Below are positions 1-12,999 of a stretch of DNA of 64,000 nt, piece after piece. Under the pieces are notes generated by a model that did no database searches, was not told the origin of the DNA, and worked only from the letters and a program-made list of their open reading frames with translations. The DNA lies in NCBI GenBank assembly GCA_030390025.1, contig CM059432.1, positions 144,958,001 to 145,022,000 on the forward strand, written 5' to 3'. This stretch comes from Squalus acanthias. Its lineage: Eukaryota. The stretch's first letter is position 1. The number at the start of each line of letters is the position of its first letter. A program made the position numbers and the translations under genes.

Positions 1-583
1 TGTGGCAGTGCTGGGCGTGATTTTATTGCCATTTTATGTAATGTGCTATTGTACAAGTTGGACTATCAGTAGCAATAGTCAGTGACTGTAACACAGCCAT
101 TTCCTCTGGCCATGTAACTATTTTGGCCTCCTACTGGCCAATGCTGTTTGGGTGGCTTGTTCTAAATTTGATATGGCAAATGTGAAAGTTGTGCTGATAC
201 AATCAAGCATTATTTCAATATGCAGTGGAATCTGCAGGAAGAAAATGCAAAGATTAATATGCACATTAAGTTTGTTTCACATTTCTGTTTGTTGACTGTT
301 CTCCATTTTGCTGCTTCGTGTTTCTATTTCCAAGAAGTGATGTAAATCAATTTATTACCATATAATAGAAGTGAGCAGCTTAGCAAGCATACTGTGGTCT
401 AACTAAGATGCATCACTCCTCTTGATTATTGAAAGTTACGTTCTTGTAATTACGTGGCAAACTGATCAGTGTTTTTTTCTTTAGATTAACACCATTCACT
501 GCCCACGATGCCACATCTCGCATCCCAGAATAGGATATGCATAGCTCTAAACTTGAATATCTTTTTTTTTTAAATATGCATAG

Positions 584-685
584 GTGGAAGAATGTTTAGA
601 AAAGTACATGGATTCCTACGATATAGTACTGGTGAGAGAAGAGACATTAGATCTGACCAACGCTATCCTTCAGAAGATCCTGTGA
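584..685 (+). CDS. NT5C3A: Last coding exon of cytosolic 5'-nucleotidase 3A
   Basis: T-rich tract and TAG acceptor at 581-583, then [33 protein letters not shown]. This matches the recalled NT5C3A C-terminus (..[19 protein letters not shown]); NT5C3B has a longer tail. Tail-to-tail with FKBP9 as in mammals. Confidence 0.9.
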   Translation: MEECLEKYMDSYDIVLVREETLDLTNAILQKIL

Positions 686-914
686 TATGAGGACTGAAGG
701 CGTCGAGGCCTGTGGGAGCTCAGAACTGAAATACTCTTCTACTTTTTGTTTTGTTTAATTGATCAGCCCCATTTATTGAAAATGCTGCTCATTCTTCAAC
801 ACCTTGAACTGAAGAAAGTATGTATTTTTTAAATTTGCACAAGAGTAACAATGAATGATGTGTCCTCACAATGAATGAAGAGAATTTGACCTGTTCTTTA
901 CTAAGATAGGCAGT

Positions 915-1590
915 TAAGAACATAAGAAATAGGAGCAGGAGTAGGCTATTCGGCCCTTCGAGCCTGCTCTGCCATTCACTAAGATCATGGCTGATCTTCT
1001 ACCTCAACTCCACCTTCCCGCACTATCCTCATATCCCTTGATTCCCTTAATATCCAAAAATCTATCGATCTCAGTCTTGAATATTCTCAATGACTGAGTA
1101 TCCACAGCCCTCTGGGGTAGAGAATTCCAAAGATTCACAACCCTTTGAATGAAGAAATTTATCCTCATCTCAGTCCTAAATGGCTGAACCCTTATTCTGA
1201 GACTGTGACCCCTAGTTCTAGACTCCCCAGCCAGGGGAAACATCCTCCCAGCATCTACCCTGTCAAGCCCTGTAAGAATTTTATGTTTCAATGACATCGC
1301 CCCTCATTCTTCTAAATTCAAGGGAATATAGACCTAGTCTCCTCAATCTTTCCTCGTAGGACAATCCCTCCATCCCAGGAATCAGTCTGGTGAAGCATTG
1401 CACTCCCTCTAAGTATATCCTTCCTTAAGTAAGGAGACCAAAACTGTACACAGTACTCCAGGTGTGGTCTCGCCAAAGCCCTATATAATTGCTGTAAGAC
1501 TTCTTTACTCTTATACTCCAATCCCTTTGTAATAAAGGCTAACCTGCCATTTGCTTTCCTAATTGCTTGCTGTACCTGCATGTTAATTTT
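915..1590 (-). mobile_element. CR1 LINE 3' fragment
   Basis: Frames give RPHLEYCVQFWSPYLRKDI and RTRGHSLRIR..VNLWNSLPQ; TTCTTATG-type tail. Confidence 0.9.
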
Positions 1591-2038
1591 CAGTTATACA
1601 GCTAGGTCAGCCACAGGCCTGCTTCACAGATTTAGACTACCTCTAGATTTAATAGTTTAAATTCTGACTTTAACATTTTGAAACATTTCCATGTTTGGTG
1701 GTACAGTATACATTGTTTAATGAGGATTGAGTATTGTAAGCTTGGTTCATTGAATGGCCAAATTGCCTGCATATAACTATCACTAGTTGTTCTGTCCAAG
1801 AAATGACCATTAAGGCAGTTTTTATTTAACTTTTTTTGCTAACATTTTGTAGTTGTAGATAATTCTGAGGATACTTTTGGTTTATTTGATTATACCTTGT
1901 GTTGCCTATCTGACATTGTCATCTGTATATTTTAAAACTAATGATGTACATGAAAGAAATAGTTGTACAGTACATTAAATTGGTGGAGAGTGCGTTTTTA
2001 ACATTGGGTCTGCTTTCTTAAAGTCCTTAATACACTGC

Positions 2039-2044
2039 AATAAA
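2039..2044 (+). promoter_or_regulatory. Candidate polyadenylation signal of NT5C3A
   Basis: AATAAA at the end of an AT-rich UTR-like tract, followed by T-rich sequence. Confidence 0.4.
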
Positions 2045-2852
2045 CTCCAACTTTATCTAATTTCTAAAAGTTTTTCTACTGCCCTCTTTCAGTACCTCAA
2101 TCCTTTTGATATTGTGTGGTCAGATCAACCTTGCTGAAACTACATCAGCAATACGATTAACAATGTGAATATCACCTCCATCTGTTTGAAGTAAGGTGAT
2201 CAGACAAGGCTACATTCATCAAGACAATTAGCAATATTATCCAAATAAATACATTCATAATGGTGCTCAGTGAGGTTCACCTGATCCAATCAGCTTATGA
2301 TTAAAAACTCTGATCTGTGAAGGTGCCACAACTTTAATTTCCCATCAGCTATTCAATCCATCAGTGAAATAATTTACTTTGAACTTCAGAGCAAAATGCC
2401 CTTTTGATCTCTCGAATGGAAACAACCATCTGAATTTTCTAAAAGGTTATGGAACAAGCAAGTGCACACATTTGCAACAGTTATCAGCTGCGCCAGATTC
2501 AGAAGTATGACGAGCTATTTTGTATTTTAAAATGAGTCTGCAATTTCGGTAACAACATTCTAACAAAATCCGTTGGCCCCTGTGTGACTGTCCATGATCT
2601 ATGAGGCAGACTTGATGCACCACCCAGAATATCTCCAAAGCAGCTTTATTCTTAATAGTAGGACTTGGTTTAATGATTTCTGATGCAGATTTTAACCCAC
2701 TTAGGCTGCAAACCTGCTGGAAACTTTATATCTGCAAATTTTATAACTTTCAGCCAAAATGTAGAACTTGTTTGAAGTGATTTCTCAGGCTCCCTTTCCG
2801 GAGTCCCGCTACAATGATTTCTCCCCAGTCTTAGTCTTACTGTTCAAGTAAT

Positions 2853-3155
2853 TGCACCCCCTCCACCATCATCGCACTGTGGCTGCAGTGTGCACCATCA
2901 ACAAGATGCACTGTAGCAGCTCACCAAGATTACTTCGACAGCACCTCCCTCCTGGTCCCTTGGACATAAATCGCCATTCCTTCATCGTCGCTGTTTTAAT
3001 ATCCTGGAATTCGCTACCTAACCACTGCGGAAGCAACATCAACACAAAGACTGCAGCAGTTCAAGGAGAAGGTTCACCACCACCTCAGGGCAACTAGGAC
3101 TGGGCAATAAATGCAGCCTTGCCAGCGACGCCCACATCTGGAGGGAGAAAAATGA
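2853..3155 (+). mobile_element. 3' fragment of second LINE family (CR1/Zenon-like)
   Basis: HHRTVAAVCTINKMHC and the 3' end GGGCAATAAATGCAGCCTTGCCAGCGACGCCCACATC, shared with copies at 13000, 35390, 36980 and 46410. Confidence 0.75.
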
Positions 3156-3180
3156 ATGCCACGTAAGCAAATCTGGTCAG

Positions 3181-3597
3181 AAGGAAGGAACTTGTATTTA
3201 TATAGCACCTGTCACGACCTCCGGACGTTCCAAAGCCCACAGCCAACGAACTCCTTTTGCAGTGTAATAATGTAAGAATTTGCGGCAGCCAATTTGTGCA
3301 CAGCAAGAACTCCCAAACAGCAATGAGATAAATGACCGGGTAATTTAGTGATTTGGTTGAGGGATAAATGTTGACCAGGAGAACTCCCCAGTTCTTCTTC
3401 AAATACAGCTGTGAGATATTTTATATCCACTTCAGAGGGCAGATGGAGCCTCAGTTTAACGTCTCATCTGAAAATCGGCACCTCCAACAATGCAGCACTC
3501 CTTCAGTGCGTCGGCCTAGATTATGTGCTCGAGTCTCTGGAATGGAGCTTCAACCCATGACTTCCTGACTCAGGAAAGAGTGATACCCACTGAGCCC
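3181..3597 (-). mobile_element. tRNA-derived Deu-domain SINE (SacSINE1-like)
   Basis: Reverse complement of the SINE at 29312: tRNA-like head, Deu-like core, L2-like tail. Confidence 0.75.
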
Positions 3598-4040
3598 CTT
3601 CTGTCTCTGCCTCAGCGCATCTGCTGCTGAAACCCTCATCCATGCCTTTGTTACCTCCTCCAATCTTCCACCCTCGATAAACATGAGCTCATCCAAAACT
3701 CTGCTGCTCGTATCTTAACTTGCACTAAGTCCCGTTCACCCATCACTCGTGCTCGCTGACCTACATTGACTGCCGGTCCGGCAACACCTCGCTTTTAAAA
3801 TTCTTGTTTTCAAATCCCTCCATAGCTTTGCCCCTCCCCATCTCTGTAACCGCCTACAACCCTCCGAGATCTCTGCGCTCCTCCAATTCTGGCCTCTTGC
3901 ACATCCTCGATTTTCATCACTCCACCATTGGTGGCTGTGCCTTCAGCTGCCTAGGCCCTAAGCTCTGCAATTCCCTCCCTAAACATCTCTACCTCTCCTC
4001 CTTTAAGACACCTTAAAACCTACCTCTTTGACCAAGCTCT
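3598..4040 (+). mobile_element. L2 LINE 3' fragment, left part (resumes at about 6768-6890)
   Basis: AETLIHAFVTS..IQNSAARILT..HITxVLADLH-like coding remnant and GGCAFSCLGPKLCNSLP; the tail resumes after the CR1 insertion. Confidence 0.8.
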
Positions 4041-6767
4041 TAAAAACTTAAAAGGCTTAAAAATGGTGAGGACTGGGCACTTAATATTCAAGGGTACAAG
4101 GTGTTCAGAAAAGATAGGGAAGGAAAAAAGGGAGGTGGGGTGGCAGTGCTGATTAAGGAAGACATTGTAGTGTTGGAAAGGAGGGAGGATGTTCTTGAGG
4201 GGACAAGGACAGAATCTATTTGGTTAGAGTTGAGGAGCAAAAAGGGAATGATCACACTATTGGAGGTATTCTATAGGCCTCCAAATAGTGAGAGGGAGCT
4301 GGAGGAGCAAATCTGCAGGGAAGTCAGAGATATGCAAGAGCTATAGAGTGGTGATATTGGGGGACTTTAATTACCCAAATATCAATGGAGATAATGCTAG
4401 GGTAAAGGGAAAGGAGGGGGAGGAATTTCTGAAATGTGTTCAGGAGAATTTCCTTGACCAATATGTTCTTGGCCCAACTAGGAAGGAGGCATTGCTGGAT
4501 CTGGTGCTGGGGCATGAGGTGGGCTAGGTCGACCAAGTGTCTGGGAGAACACTTGGGTACGACTGATCATCGTATCATAAGATTTAGATTAGCAATGGAG
4601 AGGAACAAGGAACAATCTAGAGTGGAACTTCTAAACTGGAATAGGGCTAACTTCAATGGGATGCGAAAGGATCTAGCCAGGGTAAAATGGAACCAAAGAC
4701 TGACAGGAAAAACTGTAATGGAACAATGGGTGATCTTTAAGGAGGAGATGCTCCAAGTACAGGCTAGGTACATTCCAACAAGAGGGAAAGGTAAAGGAAC
4801 CAAAGCAAGGGCTCCTTGGATGACGAGGGAGATAGAGAAGATAATGAAACAAAAATAGAGGGTGTATGATGCATGTCAGGTGAATTCTTCAAGGGAGAAC
4901 CAGACCAAATACAATAAGTTGAGAGGGGATGTGAAGATGAAAATAAGATTGACAGAGAGAGAATATGAGAGTAGAATGGCAGTTAACATAAAAGGGAACC
5001 CAAAAATCTTCTACCGGCATGTAAACTGTAAGCGGGTAGTAAGAGGCGGGGTGGGGCCTATTAGGGACAAAGAAGGTGATATATGTTTAGAGGCGCAGGG
5101 CAAGGCCAGAATACTCAATGAGTACTTTGTATCGGTGTTTCCTAAGGAGGTGGATGCTGACAAAATATCGGTAGAAGTGGAAAAGGTAGAAGCAATGGAA
5201 GAGGTGAAAATGATAGACAGGATGTATTAGAAAGGCTGGGTATGCTTAGAGTGGACAAGTTGCCTGATCCAGATGGCTTGCATCCCAGGTTGCTAAGGGA
5301 ATTGGGGGAGGAGATAGCGGAAGGGCTTGCCATAATTTTCCAATCTTCCCTGTTCAAGAAAGGGTGTAAGGACAATCCTAGTAACTACAGGCCGGTCAGT
5401 TTAACATCAGTGGTGGGTAAAGTTTTAGAAACAATGATCAAAGAAAAAATTAATGGGCACTTGGAGAGGTTTAAGCTGATTAAGGAGAGCCAGCACGGAT
5501 TTGTAAAAGGCAGATCGTGTTTGACTAATTGAATTTTTTGATGAAGTAACAGGGAGGATTGCTGAAAGGAATGCAATGGATGTTGTCTACATGGATTTTC
5601 GGAAGGCGTTTGACAAAGTACCACATAGAAGGCTGGTTAACAAAATTGAGGCTCATGGAATAGGTGGGTCAGTGGCAGCTTGGATAAAGAATTGGCTTAA
5701 GGATAGAAAACAGCGAGTTGTGGTAAATGGCTGTTTTTCAGACTGGAGGATGGTAGACAGTGGTGTTCCTCAAGGGTCAGTGCTGGGGCCACTGCTTTTT
5801 TTGATATATATAAATGACCTGGATATTGGAATACAGAGTAGAATTTCTAAATTTGCCGATGCCACCAAACATGGGGGTGTGGCAAACAGTGATGATGATA
5901 CCAATCGACTGCAACAGGACATAGAAAGGCTAGCAGAATGGGCAGACAAGTGGCAGATGGAATTTAATACAGAGAAGTGTGAGGTGATACATTTTGGCAG
6001 AAGGAACAGGGAGAGGCAATATACACTTAATGGCACAGTTTTAAAGAGTGTGCAGGGACAGAGGGACCTGGGAGTTAATGTGCATAGGTCCCTGAAGGTG
6101 GCAGGACATATTGAGAGAGTGGTTAATAAAGCATATGGGATCTTGGGCTTCATAAATAGAGGTATTAAGTACAAAAGTAGAGAAGTTATGCTGAACCTTT
6201 ATAAAGCGCTGGTTAGGCCACAACTGGAGAATTGCATCCAGTTCTGGTCACCACACTTTAGGAAGGATGTGAAGGCACTTGAGAGGGTGCAGAGGAGATT
6301 TATTAGAATGCTTCCGTGGATGGGGGTATCTTAGCTACAAGGACAGGTTGGAGAAGCTGGATTTGTTTTCATTAGAGCAAAGGAGGTTGAGGGGTGATTT
6401 GATAGAGGTGTACAAGATTATGACAGGTTTGGATAGGCTAGACGGGGAAAGGCTGTTCCCACTAGTTGATGGTACAAGGACTAGGGGACGCAGATTTAAG
6501 GTTTTGGGCAAGAGATACAGGGGGGATGTGAGGAAAAACTTTTTAACGCAGCAAGTGGTGATGACCTGGAGTTCGCTGCCGACGGAAGTGGTGGAAGCGG
6601 AGACACTCAATGTTTTCAAGGGGACACTGGATAGGCACTTGAGAGAAATAAACTTGCAGGGCTACGGCGATAGAGCGGGGGAATGGGACTGATTGGATTG
6701 CTCTACAGAGAGCCGGCACGGACTCGATGGGCCGAATGGCCTCCTCCTGTGCCATTATGACTCTATG
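4041..6767 (+). mobile_element. 5'-truncated CR1 LINE (APE + RT, frameshifted)
   Basis: [61 protein letters not shown]; ends in GACTCTATG tail. Confidence 0.95.
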
Positions 6768-7242
6768 GTCATCTATCCTAATATCTCCTTATCTGACTCG
6801 GTGTCAAATTTTGTTTATAATCGCTCCTTTGAAGCCCCCTGGGACGTTTTACTACATTAAAGGCATATATAAATGGAAGTTGTTGTTGAGCCATGGCTGA
6901 CAGCTAGATACATAAAGTACAGAAATACTGCATGCTCAACCTATTATCACTGTCTGAGTAAATGTTCAATGGTCTAATCGTGTTAATCAGTCCATTTAAA
7001 CATAGTTTATTAGCAACTGCTGGTATATGTTTGGAGTGCAGTGGGCTATTGAATTGTAGGCCCTCTGATGTTTTAAGGATTTCAAATGACCAGCTTAATG
7101 CTAACAATCTTTTTAACTACATCTGATAATTAAGTCAAGAGTCACATGTTTGTTGCTCCTCTATTCCTTTTATGAGTTGGTGTATATGTCTTCCTTCTCC
7201 TTATTCATCCTCCCAAAATGTTTATTTTGCATTTCTCCGCAA

Positions 7243-7787
7243 GTTTTGGTCTCCTTATTTAAGGAGGGATATACTTGCATTGGAGGCAGTTCAGAGAAGG
7301 TTCAGGAGGTTGATTCCTGAGATGAAGGGGTTATCTTATGAAGAAAGGTTGAGCAGGTTGGGCCTATACTCATTGGAGTTTAGAAGAATGAGAGGTGATC
7401 TTATTGAAACGTATAAGATTCTGAGGGGGCTCGACAAGGTAGATGCAGGGAGGATGTTTCCCCTCGTGGGGGAATCTAGAACTAGGGGGCATAGTTTCAG
7501 AATAAGGGGTCGCCCATTTAAAACTGAGATGAGGAGGAATTTCTTCTCTCAGAGGGTCATAAATCTGTGGAATTCTCTACCCCAGAGAGCTGCGGAGGCA
7601 GGGTCATTAAATACATTTAAGGTGGAGATAGACAGATTTTTGAACAATAAGGGAGTCAAGGGTTATGGGGAGCGGGCAGGGAAATGGAGCTGAGCCCAAG
7701 ATTAGATCAGCCATGATCTCATTAAATGGCGGAGCAGGCTCAAGGGGCCAAATGGCCTACTGCTGCTCCTATTTCTTATGTTCTTAT
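7243..7787 (+). mobile_element. CR1 LINE 3' fragment
   Basis: FWSPYLRRDILALEAVQRRF..KGYGERAGKWS*, TTCTTATGTTCTTA tail. Confidence 0.9.
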
Positions 7788-7789
7788 TA

Positions 7790-9100
7790 ACTTTCATCTA
7801 ATGTCTATCTGCCCAATCTACTAACCTGTCACAACCTCCTGAAGTCATTCACAGTCCTCTTCACAGTTAATCACATTCCCTATTTTTATGTTGTCTGCAA
7901 ATTCTGATATTGTGTCCCTTATACCCAAGTCCAGATAATTTATATATTAAAAGCAATAGTCCCAAGACTGAGCCATTGCTTCTATCCTTCCAGTTTGCAA
8001 ACCATCAGTTAACCACTATTCTCTGTTTTCTGTCCTTTAACTATCTATCCATAATTCCCACTCCCTTTAATACTGCGTGCCTTAATTTTATCAACAAGCC
8101 CCCGTTGTGGCACTTCATCAAATGCCTTTTGAAAATTCACGTACACAAAATCTGCATTTCTTTTATTGATACACTCTGTTACTTCCTCAAAGAACTCTAT
8201 AAAATGTGTCAGACATGACTTGCCCTTTACAAGCCCGTGCTGGCTGCCCTCGATTAACTCCAGCCTTTCCAGGTGGGTATCAATTTTATCCCATATTACG
8301 GCCCTTGAAAGCTTCCCCACCACTGATGTTAGGCAGACTGGTCTGTACTTACCTGGTTTCACACTTCCTGCCTCTTTGGACAGAGGTGTAACATTGGGGA
8401 CTTGTTTGCAGTCAACCTCCTTTCTCCTCTGCTTCAAAACAATAGTCTTTCGAATAAGCACAAGACTTCGTAGTGGAGTATACGGAACAGACTTTATTGA
8501 TGCACAGTAAAGGTGATCGGCATTTAACTGTATAATAGAGTGACTTTTTCCCGGTTTCTGTATCATTCGAGCACTCTGAGATACCGTTGAAAACCATGAT
8601 CCTTTATGCACCATATTTTGACTACATCAAAGGCAACTGTCATAAGACTGTATGATGTATTTATTCCCAGACCCTTTGAAAACAGACTATTCATGTAAAC
8701 AGTTTGCAGCTTGTTTACTTCAAAGCTACTTCCCTTAAACAAGACTTCCTCAAATGGATTTGCTGCCCCTGTTTTATTACCCAAAAACTAAAGTTACGTT
8801 TTATTATGTACACTTATTTCCTTACACAAGCACTTTACATATCAGAGGACAAGCCATGCTTTCTCCTCACGACACTTCAGTCATCCTGTTTATATTGGAA
8901 AGCCTGTTAATCTAAGATACAAAGAAGTTTGACTATTAACCCTTAACTCTCCAATGTCCAACATACATCTCTCCAGGATGTCCAACAGAACACTCCAGGC
9001 CTCTGGCACAACTTCCATTTCCAAGAGTGTTTGAAAGGTTATAGCCTCTGCTCTTTGCTCTGATTGCTCAGCATTTAGCACACAGCCATTGGGGCCTGAA
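7790..9100 (-). mobile_element. Old CR1 RT fragment interrupted at 8403-8992
   Basis: VVPEAW (about 9000) continues as VPNVTPL..YRPVCLTSVVGK..QHGLVKGKSCLT (8400 downward). Confidence 0.75.
8403..8992 (-). mobile_element. Unclassified dispersed repeat, putative solo LTR (copy 1)
   Basis: Homologous to 52949-53393 + 54287-54443; TG...CA ends; minus-strand AATAAA 90 bp from the end; interrupts a CR1. Confidence 0.5.
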
Positions 9101-9109
9101 GCCTCATCC

Positions 9110-10530
9110 ATAAGAACATAAGAACATAAGAAGTAGGAGCAGGAGTAGGCCATATGGCCCCTCGGGCCTGCTCCGCCATTCAATAGGATCATGGCTGATC
9201 CGAACCTAGACTCACGTCCACTTCCCTGCCCGCTCCCCATAACTCTTAATTCCCTTATCAGCTAGGAAACTGTCTATCTCCGTTTTAAATTTATTTAATG
9301 TCGCAGCTTCCACAGCTCTCTGAGGTAGCAAATTCCATAGATTTACTACCCTCTGAGTGAAGAAGTTTCTCCTCATCTCAGTTTTGAAACGGCAGCCCCT
9401 TATTCTAAGATTATGCCCCCTAGTTCTAGTCTCACCCATCAGTGGAAACATCCTCCCCGCCTCCACCCGATCAAGCCCCCTCACAATCTTATATGTTTCG
9501 ATAAGATCGCCTCTCATTCTTCTGAATTCCAATGAGTAGAAGCCCAACCTACTCAACCTTTCCTCATAAGTCAACCCCCTCATCTCCGGAATCAACCGAG
9601 TGAACCTTCTCTGAACTGCCTCGAGAGCAAGTATATCTTTTCTTAAATATGGAAACCAAAACTGTACGCAGTATTCCAGGTGTGGCCTCACCAGTACCTT
9701 GTATAACTGAAGCAAGACTTCCCTGCTTTTATACTCCATCCCCCTTGCAATAAAAGCCAAGATTCCATTGGCCTTCCTGATCACCTGCTGTACCTGCATA
9801 GTAACCTTCTGTGTTTCATGCACCAGGACCCCCAGATCCCTTTGTACTGTAGCACTTTGCAGTTTCTTTCCATTTAGATAATAACTTGCACTTTGATTTT
9901 TTCTGCCAAAGTGCATAACCTCACACTTTCCAACATTATATTCCATCTGCCAAATTTCCGCCCACTCACTTTGCCTGTCTATGTCCTTTTGCAGGTTTTT
10001 TATGTCCTCCTCACTCGCTGCTTTTCCTCCCATCTTTGTATCGTCAGCAAACTTGGATACGTTGCACTTGGTCCCCTCCTCCAAATCGTTAATATAGATT
10101 GTAAAGAGCTGGGGTCCCAGCACTGACCCTTGCGGAACACCACTAGTTACTGATTGCCAACCCGAGAATGAACCATTTATCCCAACTCTCTGTTTTCTGT
10201 TAGATAGCCAATCTTCTACCCATGCCAGTATATTACCCCCAATCCCGTGATTTTTTATCTTGTGCAGTAATCTTTTGTGTGGCACCTTATCAAATGCCTT
10301 TTGGAAGTCCAAATACACCACATCCACTGGTTCCCCTTTATCCACCCTGTTTGTTACGTCCTCAAAGAATTCGAGCAAATTTGTCAAGCATGATTTCCCC
10401 TTCATAAAACCATGCTGACTCTGTCCGATTAAATTATGCTTATCCAAATGTCCTGTTACTGCTTCCTTAATAATGGACTCCAACATTTTACCAACCACAG
10501 ATGTTAGGCTAACTGGTCTATAGTTTCTAT
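9110..10530 (-). mobile_element. CR1 LINE, 5'-truncated, uninterrupted 428-aa RT frame (9212-10498)
   Basis: [44 protein letters not shown]; (TTCTTATG)n tail. Confidence 0.95.
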
Positions 10531-11989
10531 AGTTTCCACTTTGTTTTTTTTCAGCATTATGTTCTTATCTATCCTTGTGGAATATTTTTTGTCTTTAATC
10601 CATCTGATGTCATAAATTCATCAAATTTTTAAGTGTAATTTAATCTTTGCATTAATAAAGTTAACACCACAGTTTGATTTTTTTTAATGAATTGACAATC
10701 TTAGTAGAATATTTAAATGGCGTTATAATATGAGTTTTACTGTTTTTTTTTGAAAATTGGGAGGCTTTACTGAACAATTCAATTCTTGTGTAAATGTTTT
10801 CTCCTGTTTTTCAATACAAGAATGACCTTCCAATGAGGGACTCATTTCCCTATCATATAAATATTTAAATACAATGTAAACCTGCAGAATCTGATGCAGC
10901 ACTTGGTTCTCAATCAGACTTGTATATAGTTCTGTCTCCGGCATCTTGTATTAGTCCAAACAGAACCTAGACTTCTAGACTTACATAGAGGGGCCTGTAC
11001 TTATTTAAATTAAAATAAAGCCTTTAGGATTCCCCTCATAAATTTTCCATACATCATTCTTGGTCCAAGAGGCAGCCCACATGGTCCCACAAGGAGTGTG
11101 GTAACAGCGCAGAATCACATTTCCACTGCCGTTTCCCCTCTGCTCTATCCCAGCTTTGTTCTGGTAAAAGTGAAGTTACAAACTTGCAGAACAGTCTTGT
11201 AGTAAGATTGATGTAATAATCTTGAGCTGTGTTGGTTCCCGGAAGGACAGCTGCTATTATTGCATTAGTACTCCAGTGTGGTACAGCAGGATGCAGATTT
11301 GTGGCTACATGATCAGTGTTATGACTGACTTCCGCTGTTGGAGAAGGATAGACTTTGGATGGAGGGAAAACAGGAAGTTGGGGCAACTTGGGCTTCTCTT
11401 GCACTCTACCTGCATGCGGGTGGGTGGCCCATTAATCACCTCAACCCAGTGACTGGAGAGGAAGAAATAAATGGTTTGATCAAGAAGAAGCCACCAATAT
11501 TTGCAGCAGTGACCCCAGCTGGAAGTCCGCCCGTGTGGGCATCAGCTGAGGTCAGTATCTGGTTTGGTTATGATGCTCCCCATGTGCCAATAGCCTGTTG
11601 GTACGCACAGCCTCGGCTCAAACATAGGCACTGCCACTTGGGCATTATTTTAAAATGATAATGGTGCTGCACATAAACACCCTATGCTCGTATGAGGCCA
11701 CTGCTCAAAAGCACCAACCAGGTCCCAATGACCGACGGAGCGGGTCAATATTTCTATTTTCGATTTTTCATGGTTTAAGGTGCAGGCACCTTCTGCTGTG
11801 AGTAATTTCTCTTTGCTAAAAATTGTTCATTGGATCTATGTCCCATAGATGAGTTTACCATATGTGATTTTCAATATGTGCACCTAGCAAAATATTTAAA
11901 AACAGCTTCCACCCAATCATCATCAGTCTTCACACTCGGCAAGTGTTACATATGTCAGCCAAGTGATGAGGAAACCCTGAGAGGAGAGG

Positions 11990-12830
11990 ATTGTCAATTT
12001 GTACAAAATTTGAACAAAAAATGGCAGAAGTCTGTAAGTACTTCACGTTGGTCTTTACTAAAGAGAAGGATATTGGAGAGGAGGCGAATTCTGAATTGGT
12101 TGAGAGTGAGATGAACGATACGATGGATAAAAGGACATTTTTGAACAAGTTCGCTAGACTAAGGGAAGACAAAATGCCAGGGCCCAGAGGAATACATTCC
12201 AGGGTCTTGAGGGGGAAGAAATTACCCCGGGCCGGAGAAATATATTTTGAATGTGAGCTGGAGAATAGCCAGTGAAATAAACATTTTCAAAAAGTGAGAC
12301 AGCTAACCAGGGTAATAACATGCCAGTTTAACATCTGTGGTAGTCTTTAATTAAGGATGAAGTTACCAATTATTTAGATGAAGAAAAATCAGAAGTAAGA
12401 CAGCATAAACTTAAAAAGGGACAATCGTGAAAGCAGAGAATAGGAGTTAAGGGCAGTTTCTCAGTGGTTGGAAGTGGGTAGCGGTGACCCCCAGGGTTCT
12501 GTGCTGGGGCCACTTCTGTTCACTGTGCTCATCAATGATGTAGATATAGAGCCAGAGTAAGAGGAAGTGGTATCAAAATTCGCAGCTCAGACTAAAATAG
12601 GAGTTATAGTTAATTCATTGGAAGGCCAAAGGAAGCTGCAAAGGGATATTGATAAGATGGGTGAATGGGCTAAAAAGTGTCAGACGGAATTCCAATGTCA
12701 GTGTGAGGTGAGGCATTCGGTTTAAAAAAAACACACCAGTTCTTTCACTCTGAATGGAAGTAGATTCATTGCAGTGGAAGAGCAGATGCTGAGAGGACAT
12801 CCAGTCCTGGATGTACAGGGATCATTAAAG
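11990..12830 (+). mobile_element. Heavily degraded CR1 fragment
   Basis: KYFTLVFTKE, DKMPGPRGIHSRVL and a [15 protein letters not shown] remnant at about 12490. Confidence 0.6.
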
Positions 12831-12999
12831 TTGTTTGTTTAACTGATTTCAACCAATAAATTCCCAGAATTCTTCAGGTTGGTGGATCAACCAATTTCCT
12901 CCTGATTCTCACCTGCAAAGTTCTGAATTCTCCCTGATCATCATGGGTCCTGAGATATGTGTGTATTGCATTAGTGATGTCGTTATAGATGTTGCGTGT

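Noticed and set aside
11054..11658. Overlapping 76-116-aa ORFs in non-LINE intergenic sequence
   Set aside because: No recognisable motif or consistent exon structure
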